Of a DNA stretch of 64,000 bases, positions 55,340 to 64,000 are shown one piece after another; position 1 is the first letter of the stretch, and every line of letters starts with the position of its first letter. This stretch comes from Planctomycetia bacterium. Lineage in GTDB: Bacteria; Planctomycetota; Planctomycetia; Pirellulales; UBA1268. Under the pieces are notes generated by a model. That model was not told where the DNA came from, did not search any database, and worked only from the letters and a program-made list of their open reading frames with translations. The DNA is taken from contig BJHK01000018.1 of the NCBI GenBank assembly GCA_014192425.1, positions 6,986-70,985 of the forward strand, given 5' to 3'. The translations under genes were made by a program, and so were the position numbers.

Positions 55340-56548
55340 TCAGCCCAGCAGGGCCGGGATGTCGTCGAGGCCGATCGTCTCCACGGCCGGGCCCGCCGGC
55401 TCGCGCAGCGTCTGCCGAGTCGGCGTGCGACAGACGACGGCCATGGCCGCCACCGCGTCGGTGCCGATCGCCTGGCGGATCCGCAGCAGGCGGCGGATGT
55501 CGGCGGTCGCCGGAAACTCGCTCCACGCGGCATCGAGGAGGACGAGGCCGCGTGGTGTGGGAACGACGAAGTTCGCCTCCTTGGTGCGATCCCGCCAGAA
55601 GGCCGGCTCGACGGCGGGCGTTGCCGCCGCCGCGAGCCGGCGGACCTCGCGATGGACGGCGGCCTCCCAGACCGCCGGCGCATGGGGCGAGGCGGCGAGT
55701 TCGTTGGCCGTGCGGATGCCGAGCAGGTGGCTGCACAGGCCGGTGTCGAGGAACTGCAGCTTCGGCGCCTTGACCAGTCCCCTGCCCTGCGGCTGTGCTG
55801 CCGGCCTGAGCAGGGAGATGATGCCCGCTTCGACGAGCGTGTCGAGCCAGATCGCCGCCGTGGAGCCGGCGATGCCGACCGCGCGGGCGAGCTCCGCCTT
55901 GTTGAGGATGCGACCGCTGCGCAGGGCCGCGGCGCGGAGGAACCGCTCGAAGGCGTGGACGCTGTCGACGCGGAGTTGTTCGGGGAGATCGCGCACCAGG
56001 TGGTCGGCGACGAGGTCGCGCATGAAGCCGGCGATGTCCGGCTCGGCGTCGGCATGCAGCGCCGGAAACCCGCCGCGCAGGAGCCGCTCGGCCAGGGGCA
56101 GATCGGGACGGGCGGCGGACGCCTCGGCATGCGACAGGCCATCGAGCCGGATCAGGGGAGCCCGGCCGGAAAACGCCTCGTCGGCCGCCGCGGCGAGCAG
56201 CACGGGCCGGCAGCCGACGAGCACGTAACTGGCCGGCGGCAGCGGCTGCTGGGCAAGCAATCGGCCGAGGTGGTGGATGAGCCGCGGTGCGAGGTGGACG
56301 TCGTCGATCACGACCGGCGGAGGGTGGTCGGCGAGGAAGGCTGCGGGGTCGAGGTGGGCTCGGGCGGCGTCACTTGGGAGGGCCAGCGCGACGCGTCGAT
56401 GGAGAGGATGGAGAGAGGTGGCAAGATGGGTTTTTCCGCAGGCTCGTGGACCGGTGATGGTGAGGCAAGGGTGTTGGGCGCGGTCACGTACTGTTTGATG
56501 GGCAACATGACGTTCGATAAAAACGACATTATTCATCGACGTTATCAA
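55340..56548 (-). CDS. AAA-type ATPase with a DUF4143-like C-terminal domain
   Basis: The Walker A motif is ITGPRACGKTH and the Walker B-like motif is PVVIDDVH. The C-terminal ...NFVVPTPRGLVLLDA resembles the restriction-endonuclease-like DUF4143 module. The 5' end and leader are AT-rich. Confidence 0.8.
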   Translation of the reverse strand: MITSMNNVVFIERHVAHQTVRDRAQHPCLTITGPRACGKTHLATSLHPLHRRVALALPSDAARAHLDPAAFLADHPPPVVIDDVHLAPRLIHHLGRLLAQQPLPPASYVLVGCRPVLLAAAADEAFSGRAPLIRLDGLSHAEASAARPDLPLAERLLRGGFPALHADAEPDIAGFMRDLVADHLVRDLPEQLRVDSVHAFERFLRAAALRSGRILNKAELARAVGIAGSTAAIWLDTLVEAGIISLLRPAAQPQGRGLVKAPKLQFLDTGLCSHLLGIRTANELAASPHAPAVWEAAVHREVRRLAAAATPAVEPAFWRDRTKEANFVVPTPRGLVLLDAAWSEFPATADIRRLLRIRQAIGTDAVAAMAVVCRTPTRQTLREPAGPAVETIGLDDIPALLG

Positions 56549-56612
56549 ATGATTTGTATGGCTATGCCGATGAAAGTCGGGGGCTTGGGTAGAGTGGGCT
56601 GCAAGCGCGTGG

Positions 56613-58100
56613 TTACGAGCCCTTGATCAGGTCGAGGCACATCTGCCGGACCTTGCCCGGATTGACGTTCGGGTTTTTCTTGCGGGCCTGGCCGATCAGG
56701 CCGGCGGCCGCCTGCTCCTTGCCCCCCTGCACGTCGGCGACGATCTTGGGGTTGGCGGCAATCAGTTCCCGGCACAGGGCGACGAGCTCGTCGTCGCTGA
56801 CGGCGGCGATGCCGAGTGACGCGACGACGTCGGCGACGGAGCGGCCCGATTCGAGGGCGGCCGCGAAGATCTCCCGGCCGCGGCTGGTGTCGAAGTCGCC
56901 ATTGCGGACGCGGCCGATGATGTCGGCCACCGCCGCCGGCCGCAGCGGAAACTCGGCGATCGTGCCGCCGCGGTCGTTGAGCGTCCGCAGCACGTCCTGC
57001 TGCATCCAGTTGCTCGCCACCTTCCCCTCGCCAACGAGCGCGGCGAGCTCTTCGAAGTAGCCGACCAGGTCACGACCCTGGTTGACGAGGACGTCGGCGT
57101 CGTAGGCGGAGATCTCCCAGGTCGCCTCCAGCGCCTTGCGGAGCGCCGTCGGCGGCTGGCCCATGGTGGCCCGGGCCGCGGCGATGTCGGCCTCCGACAC
57201 GGTCACCGGCACGAGGTCGGGCTCGGGGAAGTAGCGGTAGTCGCTCGACTCCTCCTTGAACCGCTGGGCCCGCGTCACGCCGGCGGGATCGTCCCAGCCG
57301 CGGGTCTGCTTGGGGGTCGTGCCGAGCTCGGCACCGGTCGCCTGCCACTCCTCCCACTGCCGGGCGACCTCGTAGGTCAGGGCCCGCTCCACGGAGCGGA
57401 AGGAGTTCATGTTCTTGATCTCGACGATCGGCGTCTTGGCGATTCGGCCGTCGGGACGGGGGATGTGCAGGTTGACGTTGGCGTCGACCCGCAGGCTTCC
57501 CTCCTGCATGTTGCAGTCGCTGACGCCGAGGTAGACGAGGAGCAGCTTCAGCTCGTTGAGCCAGGCCCGGGCCTCCTGCGGGCTGCGCAGGTCGGGCTGG
57601 GTGACGATCTCGCAGAGCGGCGTGCCGGCCCGGTTGAGGTCGATGCGCGTGTCGGCCGTGCCCGCCGCCTCGTCGTGCATGCTCTTGCCCGCGTCCTCCT
57701 CGAGGTGCACCCGGATGATGCCCACGCGTCGGGAAAACGCCCCCTTCGGATCGACCACCTCGAGCGTCCCGTCGCTGGAGAACGGCAGGTCGAACTGGCT
57801 GATCTGATAGCCCTTGGGGAGGTCGGGGTAGAAGTAGTTCTTGCGGTCCCACTTCGTGAACGGGGCGATCCGGCAGTCGAGGGCCAGCGCCGCCCGGACC
57901 GCGAGGTCGAAGGCCGTGCGGTTCATCACCGGCAGCGAGCCGGGCAGGCCGAGACAGGTCGGGCAGACCTGCGTGTTGGGGGGGGAGCCGAACGTTGTCG
58001 GGCAGCCGCAGAAGAGTTTTGTCTTCGTCAGCAGCTGGACGTGGACCTCGAGGCCGATGACGGTCGTGTAGGGCTCGGTGCTGGCGGCGGGCGTAGTCAT
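56613..58100 (-). CDS. gatB: Asp/Glu-tRNA(Asn/Gln) amidotransferase subunit B
   Basis: The product contains VIGLEVHVQL, LFCGC, RKNYFYPDLPKGYQISQ and VDLNRAG-like blocks. The internal ATG at 58100 lies within an 869-aa ORF. Confidence 0.95.
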   Translation of the reverse strand: MTTPAASTEPYTTVIGLEVHVQLLTKTKLFCGCPTTFGSPPNTQVCPTCLGLPGSLPVMNRTAFDLAVRAALALDCRIAPFTKWDRKNYFYPDLPKGYQISQFDLPFSSDGTLEVVDPKGAFSRRVGIIRVHLEEDAGKSMHDEAAGTADTRIDLNRAGTPLCEIVTQPDLRSPQEARAWLNELKLLLVYLGVSDCNMQEGSLRVDANVNLHIPRPDGRIAKTPIVEIKNMNSFRSVERALTYEVARQWEEWQATGAELGTTPKQTRGWDDPAGVTRAQRFKEESSDYRYFPEPDLVPVTVSEADIAAARATMGQPPTALRKALEATWEISAYDADVLVNQGRDLVGYFEELAALVGEGKVASNWMQQDVLRTLNDRGGTIAEFPLRPAAVADIIGRVRNGDFDTSRGREIFAAALESGRSVADVVASLGIAAVSDDELVALCRELIAANPKIVADVQGGKEQAAAGLIGQARKKNPNVNPGKVRQMCLDLIKGS

Positions 58101-58123
58101 CGGGGCGTGGTCAGGAACGTGGG

Positions 58124-59653
58124 TCAGGAGAGCGTCGGGCGGCGGACGTGCCAGTCGGTCTCGCGCTGGTAGCGGTCGGCGGCACGGAGCAGGAGGGCAT
58201 CGGCCCGGGCCGGGGCCTGGAGCTGGAAGCCGATCGGCAGGCCGCCGGCCGTGAAGCCGCAGGGGAACGAGATGCCGCCGATGCCGGCGAGGTTCGCCGT
58301 CACCGTGTACATGTCGACGAGGTACATCGCCAGCGGATCGTTCGACTTCTCGCCGAGGGCGAAGGCGGCCGTGGCCGACGTCGGGCCGCCGATCAGGTCC
58401 ACCTCCTTGAAGGCGTCGAGGTAATCCTGGCGGATGAGCCGGCGGACGCGCAGGGCCTTGGCGTAGTAGGCGTCGTAGTAGCCGGCGGAGAGGGCGTAGG
58501 TGCCGAGCATGATCCGGCGCTTGACCTCGGGCCCAAAGCCCTCGGCCCGGCTCCGGCAATACATCTCCACGAGCGGCGATTCGAACGTGCCGGCCTGCGA
58601 GCTGTCGGCCCGGTGACCCGCCCCGGGCTCGGCCCGGTGGCCCATGCCGGGCTCGGCCCGGTGACCATAGTGTGCGCCGTCGTACCGCGCCAGATTGCTC
58701 GACGCCTCGCACGGCGCGATCAGGTAGTAGGTCGGGATGCCGTGCCTGGCGTGCGGCAGCTTCACATCGTGGATCGTCGCCCCCAGCGCCTTGAACGCGG
58801 CGAACGCCTCCTCCACCCCCCGGGCCACCTCCGGATCGAGGCCCTCCGCGAAGTGCTCGGCGACGCGGCCGATCCGCAGGCCCGTGAGCGGCTGCCCGAG
58901 GAGTTCGGTGTAGCGCGGCACCGCGTCGGGGAGCGACGTCGAGTCGCCGGGATCGTGGCCGGCGATCGTCTCCATGAGCAGGGCGCAGTCGGCCGCCGAC
59001 CGGGCCATCGGCCCGATCTGGTCGAGGCTCGACGCGAAGGCGATCAGGCCGCGCCGGCTGACGGCGCCGTAGGTCGGCTTCAGCCCGGTGATCCCGCATA
59101 GCGCCGCCGGCTGGCGGATCGAGCCGCCGGTGTCCGAGCCGATCGCGACCGGCGCCATGTCGGCCGCCACGCAGGCCGCCGAGCCGCCGCTCGAGCCTCC
59201 CGGGGCACGGGACAGATCCCACGGATTGTGGACCGCTCCGAAGGCCGAGTTTTCATTCGACCCCCCCATGGCGAACTCGTCCATGTTGGTCTTGCCGACG
59301 ATCACCGCGTCGGCCGCCCGCAGGCGGCGCACCACCTCGGCGTCGTACGGGGGCCGAAAGTGCTCAAGCATCCGCGAGGCGCAGGTCGTGGGCAGGTCGG
59401 CCGTGCAGAGCACGTCCTTGACCGCCACGGGGAGCCCGGCCAGCGGGCCGATCGGCTTGCCGGCGCTGCGCCGGGCATCGACGTCGGCCGCCCTGGCGAG
59501 CGCGCCGTCCCGGTCCACCTTCAGGAAGGCGTTGACCCTGCCATCGACCCGCTCGATGCGGTCGAGGAACGCCTCGGCGCACGCCCGCGCGGTGATGTCG
59601 CCGCGCCGGACGGCGGCAACGAGGTCTACGGCGGAGAGTTCGAGGGGCTGCAT
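58124..59653 (-). CDS. gatA: Glutamyl-tRNA(Gln) amidotransferase subunit A
   Basis: The amidase signature is GGSSGGSAA...GSDTGGSIRQPA. The start is the ATG at 59653 (MQPLELSAVDL...). Confidence 0.95.
   Translation of the reverse strand: MQPLELSAVDLVAAVRRGDITARACAEAFLDRIERVDGRVNAFLKVDRDGALARAADVDARRSAGKPIGPLAGLPVAVKDVLCTADLPTTCASRMLEHFRPPYDAEVVRRLRAADAVIVGKTNMDEFAMGGSNENSAFGAVHNPWDLSRAPGGSSGGSAACVAADMAPVAIGSDTGGSIRQPAALCGITGLKPTYGAVSRRGLIAFASSLDQIGPMARSAADCALLMETIAGHDPGDSTSLPDAVPRYTELLGQPLTGLRIGRVAEHFAEGLDPEVARGVEEAFAAFKALGATIHDVKLPHARHGIPTYYLIAPCEASSNLARYDGAHYGHRAEPGMGHRAEPGAGHRADSSQAGTFESPLVEMYCRSRAEGFGPEVKRRIMLGTYALSAGYYDAYYAKALRVRRLIRQDYLDAFKEVDLIGGPTSATAAFALGEKSNDPLAMYLVDMYTVTANLAGIGGISFPCGFTAGGLPIGFQLQAPARADALLLRAADRYQRETDWHVRRPTLS
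58605..58670 (-). repeat. In-frame 24-nt tandem duplication inside gatA encoding GHRAEPG(M/A) x2 plus a partial copy
   Basis: On the plus strand the units TCGGCCCGGTG... start at 58605, 58629 and 58653. The protein reads YGHRAEPGMGHRAEPGAGHRAD. Confidence 0.9.
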
Positions 59654-59672
59654 GATGCCGACGGACCGCGGG

Positions 59673-59975
59673 TCAGGCGGCTCCCGATTCGCCGAGCACG
59701 GCCGGCACGAGGAAGCACTCGCCGTCATGCCGCGGCGCTGACTGCAGCGCCTCGGCCGTCGTCAGCGACGGCCGGACCTCGTCGGCGCGAAACACGTTTT
59801 GCGAGTCGAGCGGATGGGCGAGGGGCTCGACCGCCGCGGTGTCCACCTCGGCGAGTTGCGAGACGAGGCCCACGATCTTGGAGAGCTCGCCGGTCATTCT
59901 CTCCAAGTCGGCGTCGCTGAGCGCGAGCCGGGCAAGCATGCCGACCTTCGCGACGTCCTGCCGGGAGAGTGTCAT
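59673..59975 (-). CDS. gatC: Asp/Glu-tRNA amidotransferase subunit C
   Basis: The product contains VAKVGMLARLALSDADLERMTGELSKIVGLVSQL and FRADEVRPS. It lies upstream of gatA. Confidence 0.9.
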   Translation of the reverse strand: MTLSRQDVAKVGMLARLALSDADLERMTGELSKIVGLVSQLAEVDTAAVEPLAHPLDSQNVFRADEVRPSLTTAEALQSAPRHDGECFLVPAVLGESGAA

Positions 59976-59999
59976 GGCTGGAGACGGCGTTCGTCAGAC

Positions 60000-60326
60000 T
60001 CAGGGACGGGCGCGCGGACCGGAGGGAACTGCCTCCACCGTCGCCGCCGTCTTGGCCGCCTTCTCCACCTTCGGCAGCCGGAAGGGCTGCTGCTTGACGA
60101 GCTTCGTCACCGCCCCTCCCTTGATGCACTGGGTGCAGACGAGGAGCGACGTGCTCGTGCCGTTGCCGACCGTGACCCGGACCCGCTGCAGGTTGGGCTT
60201 GAACTTCCGCCGCGTGATGCCGGTGACCTTCGTGCCGACGCCGCCGAGGTACTTGGCCTTGCCGCGAATCGTCACCTGGTTGCCGACCGAAAAGCCTTTG
60301 CCGCAAACCTGACAGGAACGTGCCAC
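60000..60326 (-). CDS. rpmB: 50S ribosomal protein L28 (Zn-ribbon form, with a C-terminal Lys/Ala-rich extension)
   Basis: The GTG start gives (M)ARSCQVCGKGFSVGNQVTIRGKAKYLGG...RRKFKPNLQRVRV...VCTQCIK. The rest of the 345-aa ORF is Arg-rich junk. Confidence 0.85.
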   Translation of the reverse strand: MARSCQVCGKGFSVGNQVTIRGKAKYLGGVGTKVTGITRRKFKPNLQRVRVTVGNGTSTSLLVCTQCIKGGAVTKLVKQQPFRLPKVEKAAKTAATVEAVPSGPRARP

Positions 60327-60340
60327 TGGATCGCTCTTTG

Positions 60341-60385
60341 CTGGGGAGTTCCGGGCTGGGGAACTCCGGGCTGGGAAATTCCGGG
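60341..60385. repeat. 3 x 15-bp tandem repeat (CTGGGGARYTCCGGG) 14 nt upstream of the rpmB start codon
   Basis: Read directly: CTGGGGAGTTCCGGG, CTGGGGAACTCCGGG, CTGGGAAATTCCGGG. Confidence 0.9.
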
Positions 60386-60460
60386 CGGCTGGCCGCCGGT
60401 CCCGGGGGGTGTTCGAAGCCCTGAATGTAGTCGGGCGGCCGGATTTGACAAGGCGGATCG

Positions 60461-61312
60461 TCAGGGGCGGGTTCCGCCCGGCGGCGCGAGCAGGCGCAGG
60501 ACATCGGCATGGAGGATGCCGTTTGTGGCCAGGCCGTCCCCGGCATCGATCCGCTCCCCCCCGGACCAGTCGCTGAACCGGCCGCCGGCCGCGCGGACGA
60601 CCGTCTCGACGGCCGCCGCGTCCCAGCGGTTCATGAGGGGATCGATCATCACGTCGGCCCGCCCCGTCGCCACCAGCACGTACCCGTAGCCGTCGCCCCA
60701 GGTGCGTACCACGCCGGCCTCCGCCTCCAGCCGGGCCCGCGCGGCGGCACCGGCGGCCGCGCCGCCCCCCCAGCGCGAAAACGACGTGAAGTCGCTGGAA
60801 CAGACGAGCGCGGCCTCGAGGGTGGAGCGGGCCGAGACCCGCGCCGCGACGGGGGCCGCGCCGCCGCGCACGTGCCAGGCCCCGGCGCCGACGGCCGCGT
60901 AGACGACCTCGTCGAGCGCGGGAATCGCGATCACGCCAAGCACGCCGGTGCCGCCGCGCCGGCAGCCGACGAGCGTGGCGTAGAGCGGCACGCCGCGGAT
61001 GAACGACTTCGTGCCGTCGATCGGGTCGACGACCCACTCGTATCCGGACGTGCCGGACGTCGTTCCCGTCTCCTCCCCCTGGAAGGCGTCGTCGGGAAAT
61101 CGCCCGAGCAATTCGCGGCGCAGGATCGCCTCGGCGGCCCGGTCGGCCGCGGTCACCGGCGACAGGTCGTGCTTGACCTCGACCTCGAGCGCCGGGTCGG
61201 TGAAGCGGCGCAGCGTCTCGGCGCCGGCGCGGCGGGCGGCGGCCAGCGCGGCCGCGAGCCGCGGATCCAGCGGCCGGCCGTCCGCGGCGATCGCCGTGTC
61301 GGCGGGGGTCAT
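60461..61312 (-). CDS. Inositol monophosphatase family protein (SuhB/HisN-like)
   Basis: The product contains EWVVDPIDGT, the WDAAA motif and GDGYGY. The ATG at 61312 overlaps the lspA stop by 4 nt. Confidence 0.8.
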   Translation of the reverse strand: MTPADTAIAADGRPLDPRLAAALAAARRAGAETLRRFTDPALEVEVKHDLSPVTAADRAAEAILRRELLGRFPDDAFQGEETGTTSGTSGYEWVVDPIDGTKSFIRGVPLYATLVGCRRGGTGVLGVIAIPALDEVVYAAVGAGAWHVRGGAAPVAARVSARSTLEAALVCSSDFTSFSRWGGGAAAGAAARARLEAEAGVVRTWGDGYGYVLVATGRADVMIDPLMNRWDAAAVETVVRAAGGRFSDWSGGERIDAGDGLATNGILHADVLRLLAPPGGTRP

Positions 61313-61902
61313 CGTGCGGGCCTCGCGTCCGGAGGGGCTGCGTCGTGGCGGGCTTGCGGCTCGGTTTCGCCGCGCAGCGTCGCCAGCACCATGAACGCCG
61401 CGCCGATCACGAGCCAGCAATCGGCGAGGTTGAAGATCGGCCAGTCGATCACGCCGGGCAGTTCGAAATGGATCCAGTCGCGGACGGCCATGACGCGTTC
61501 CCCGACCCGCTCGGCCGGCGCGTGCCAGACGAGCCGGGGCAGGCCGAGCCGGTCGTAGAGGTTGCCGAGGATCCCCCCCGTGATCAGGCCGAGGGCCGTG
61601 ACGAGGCCGCGGTCGGCCCGCATCGTGCCCCGGGCGAGCATGCCGACGATGCCGGCGATGGCGAGCACCGAGATGCCGGCGAACATCGCCCCCCAGCCCT
61701 GCCCCATGCCGAACAGCGCCCCCTCGTTGAGGTTCGTCTGCAGGCTCAGGACGGGGGGCAGGATCTGGATTGGCGCCGCCGTTCCCGGCATTCCGAGGCG
61801 GTCAAAGATCCAGGCCTTGCTGACGAGGTCGGCGGCCACGGCCGGCAGCGCCACGGCCGCGAACAACAGCCAGCCGCCGCGGTGAGGGGGGGTGCGGGCC
61901 AT
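61309..61902 (-). CDS. lspA: Lipoprotein signal peptidase (signal peptidase II)
   Basis: The product contains NEGALFG, GGILGNLYDR and FNLADCWLVIG motifs. Confidence 0.9.
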   Translation of the reverse strand: MARTPPHRGGWLLFAAVALPAVAADLVSKAWIFDRLGMPGTAAPIQILPPVLSLQTNLNEGALFGMGQGWGAMFAGISVLAIAGIVGMLARGTMRADRGLVTALGLITGGILGNLYDRLGLPRLVWHAPAERVGERVMAVRDWIHFELPGVIDWPIFNLADCWLVIGAAFMVLATLRGETEPQARHDAAPPDARPAR

Positions 61903-61954
61903 CGTGTCCTGCCGCCGTCTCCGTCCGCGCGGTTTTGGTCCAAGCGATCGCGGG

Positions 61955-62350
61955 CTAGCGCGGCTGACGGGGCCTGACGCTCCCCTGCTCCTGCTTCTCG
62001 GCGCAGCGGATGCAGAGCGCGGCGAAGGGGATCGCCTCCAGTCGCTTCTTGGAGATCACCCCCTCGCACTCCTCGCAGATGCCGAACGTGCGCATCCGGA
62101 TCCGCGCCAGCGCCTCCTCGATCTGCTCGAGCGTCCCCTCCTCGCTCGCCATCAGGATGAGGGTGAACTCCTGCTCGTAGGCGTCGGAGCCGATGTCGGC
62201 CATGTGGATCGGCATGCTCGACAGGTCGCCGCTCGCCTCCGACCGGGTCTTCCGCAGCGCGGCGTCGGCCATCGTGGAGACGTCGCCCCGCAGCCGGGCG
62301 CGCATCGCCTCGAGGGCCACCTTGAAGACCTTCATTTCCGCCGCTTTCAT
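61955..62350 (-). CDS. DksA/TraR-family C4 zinc-finger protein
   Basis: A coiled-coil N-terminus is followed by CEECEGVISKKRLEAIPFAALCIRC (CxxC-x17-CxxC). Confidence 0.8.
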   Translation of the reverse strand: MKAAEMKVFKVALEAMRARLRGDVSTMADAALRKTRSEASGDLSSMPIHMADIGSDAYEQEFTLILMASEEGTLEQIEEALARIRMRTFGICEECEGVISKKRLEAIPFAALCIRCAEKQEQGSVRPRQPR

Positions 62351-62617
62351 GTCCGCACCCGCCTGGTGAACGGTCCGTGCCGCGCTTCGGCCGGGCTCCA
62401 GCTGGCTGCCGGACCGCCGAGCACCTCATGGTAAAAAGCCGGATTTTACCTGTCAAACTGGCAGGGTTTTGACCGCAGGCGGCGTCGCCCGCTCTAAAAT
62501 CTTGCTGTCCCGGGGGGCGTGACCTACCCTTGAGGCCGTCGGCGGACCTTTTCAGGGAGTTCGCCACAGAGCCGTCCCCTGGCCTGCCGATGCCTAGGGG
62601 GTCCCGGAGCCCACGCC

Positions 62618-64000
62618 TTGGCCGTCGCCGCCCGCACCGATCTCGCCTTCCAGCAGTGCATCGATCCCGCCTGCGCGGCGACGTTCTCGGTGGACGAGGT
62701 GCTGACCGCCTGCCCGGCCTGCGGCAACCTGCTCGACATCGAGTACGACTGGAACCGGCTCCGGCCGCCGAACTCGTTCGAGTTCTTCGAGCGGAAGTGG
62801 ATGCGTCGCAGCGACCCCCTCGCCTTCAGCGGCGTGTGGCGGTTTCACGAACTGCTCCCCTACGCCCCGCGCGAGGCGGTGGTGACGATCGGCGAGGGGC
62901 AGACGATGTGCAGACCCTCCGACGGCGTGGGGGGCTACGTGGGCGTCAATCCGGGCCGGCTGTTCCTCCAGTACGAGGGGCTGAACCCGTCGGGGTCGTT
63001 CAAGGACAACGGCATGTCGGCGGCGTTCACGCACGCCCGGATGATCGGCGCCCGGCGGGCGGCCTGCGCCTCGACCGGCAACACCAGCGCCTCACTGGCG
63101 GTGTACTGCGCCGTCACCCGGCTGATGCGCGGGATCATCTTCATCGGCTCCGGCAAGATCTCCTCCGGCAAGCTCTCGCAGGCGCTCGACTACGGGGCCC
63201 TCACGATCCAGATCGCGGGCGACTTCGACGACGCCATGGCCCGGGTCAAGGAGGTGTCGGGCAGGCTTGGCATCTACCTCGTCAACAGCGTCAATCCCTT
63301 CCGGCTGGAGGGGCAGAAGACGATCATGTTTCGGGTCCTGGAGTCGCTCAACTGGGAGGTCCCGGACTGGATCGTGGTCCCCGGCGGCAACCTCGGCAAC
63401 TCCAGCGCCTTCGGCAAGGCGTTCGCCGAATTGCGGAAGCTCGGCCTCATCGACCGCGTGCCGCGGCTGGCCGTCATCAACGCCGCCGGCGCCAACACGC
63501 TCTACGAGCTCCACGAGCGGCGCGGCCTGCGCTGGAACGGCGGCCGGGGCGATCTGGCCGCGGCCTGCCATTACTACGACGAGCTCGACCGCGACCGGAA
63601 GCGGGCCGACACGATCGCCTCGGCCATCGAGATCAACCGGCCCGTGAACCTCAACAAGTGCCTGCGGGCCCTGGAGGTCTGCGACGGCGTCGTCCGGCAG
63701 GTGAGCGAGCAGGAGATCCTCGACGCCAAGGCCCAGGTCGGGGCCGGCGGCCTGGGCTGCGAGCCGGCCAGCGCCGCCAGCGTGGCCGGAGCCCGGCAGC
63801 TCGTGGCCGAGGGGGTGATCGGCCGCGACGAGCGGGTGGTGTGCATCCTCACCGGCCACCAGCTCAAGGACCCGACGGCGACCGTCGCCTACCACACCAC
63901 CGACCAGAAACTGTTCAACGACGTGCTCGGCAGCCGGGGCGTGAGCCGGGCGAGCTTCGCCAATCGCGCCGTCAGCGTGGGCAACCGTGTCGAGGAGATC
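62618..64000 (+). CDS. thrC: Threonine synthase (3' end runs off the window; absent from the supplied ORF track)
   Basis: Manual translation gives ...[32 protein letters not shown]...GEGQT...[14 protein letters not shown]...[13 protein letters not shown]...PGGNLGN. The only in-frame start after the stop at 62531 is the TTG at 62618 (or the CTG at 62579). The frame is open to 64000. Confidence 0.85.
   Translation, partial: MAVAARTDLAFQQCIDPACAATFSVDEVLTACPACGNLLDIEYDWNRLRPPNSFEFFERKWMRRSDPLAFSGVWRFHELLPYAPREAVVTIGEGQTMCRPSDGVGGYVGVNPGRLFLQYEGLNPSGSFKDNGMSAAFTHARMIGARRAACASTGNTSASLAVYCAVTRLMRGIIFIGSGKISSGKLSQALDYGALTIQIAGDFDDAMARVKEVSGRLGIYLVNSVNPFRLEGQKTIMFRVLESLNWEVPDWIVVPGGNLGNSSAFGKAFAELRKLGLIDRVPRLAVINAAGANTLYELHERRGLRWNGGRGDLAAACHYYDELDRDRKRADTIASAIEINRPVNLNKCLRALEVCDGVVRQVSEQEILDAKAQVGAGGLGCEPASAASVAGARQLVAEGVIGRDERVVCILTGHQLKDPTATVAYHTTDQKLFNDVLGSRGVSRASFANRAVSVGNRVEEI

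Noticed and set aside
62440-62510. A TTGACC ... TAAAAT pair in the dksA-like/thrC divergent region as a promoter
   Set aside because: The spacer is about 20 nt, which is too long for a standard sigma70 promoter. The alternative -10 hexamers are poor, so it is not reported as a feature.

Overview
This 64-kb window is high in GC (about 70% by eye). It looks like core chromosome of a Planctomycetota-type bacterium. That placement is an inference from gene content: a planctomycete-type CxxCH cytochrome-domain protein, DUF1570-like and DUF4912-like proteins, a sulfatase, futalosine-pathway mqnB/mqnD and a fused CcsBA. I support about 57 protein genes, one tRNA-Thr(CGU) and one tandem glycine riboswitch.

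The confident housekeeping calls are xylA, pyk, argG, kdsA, rpmE-prfA-prmC, comEC, ccsBA, mqnB/mqnD, gcvP, bioA, gatCAB, rpmB, lspA and thrC. Most of the long ORFs in the supplied track are Arg/Pro/Gly-rich antisense or out-of-frame shadows, which is normal at this GC content. Two real genes run off the window edges and are missing from the track: 1..1121 on the minus strand and thrC at 62618..64000 on the plus strand.

Points worth a second look:
1. A translationally coupled three-gene operon at 37969-42355. It encodes a MotA/ExbB-like channel with a long helical tail, followed by two paralogous single-pass coiled-coil proteins. This is my best candidate for an undescribed ion-driven envelope machine.
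2. A family of GATC-containing 15/16-bp tandem arrays sharing a GGACAGG(CA) core, at 26357-26640 and 55230-55335.
3. A roughly 2-kb lower-GC islet at 26650-28700 next to the first array. It carries an orphan GroES-like gene and a RayT/IS200-like HUH-Y1 transposase gene, and exact GGACAGGCAC copies lie on either side of the transposase gene.
4. A roughly 650-bp gene-free gap at 20723-21374 containing a 94-nt branched hairpin plus U-tract, a possible sRNA.
5. Toxin-antitoxin-like pairs on both sides of bioA.
6. Several enzymes with substituted catalytic or maturation motifs: a GHAQG hydrolase and a CCPSL sulfatase.

Every family assignment comes from motif recognition by eye. No database search was run.
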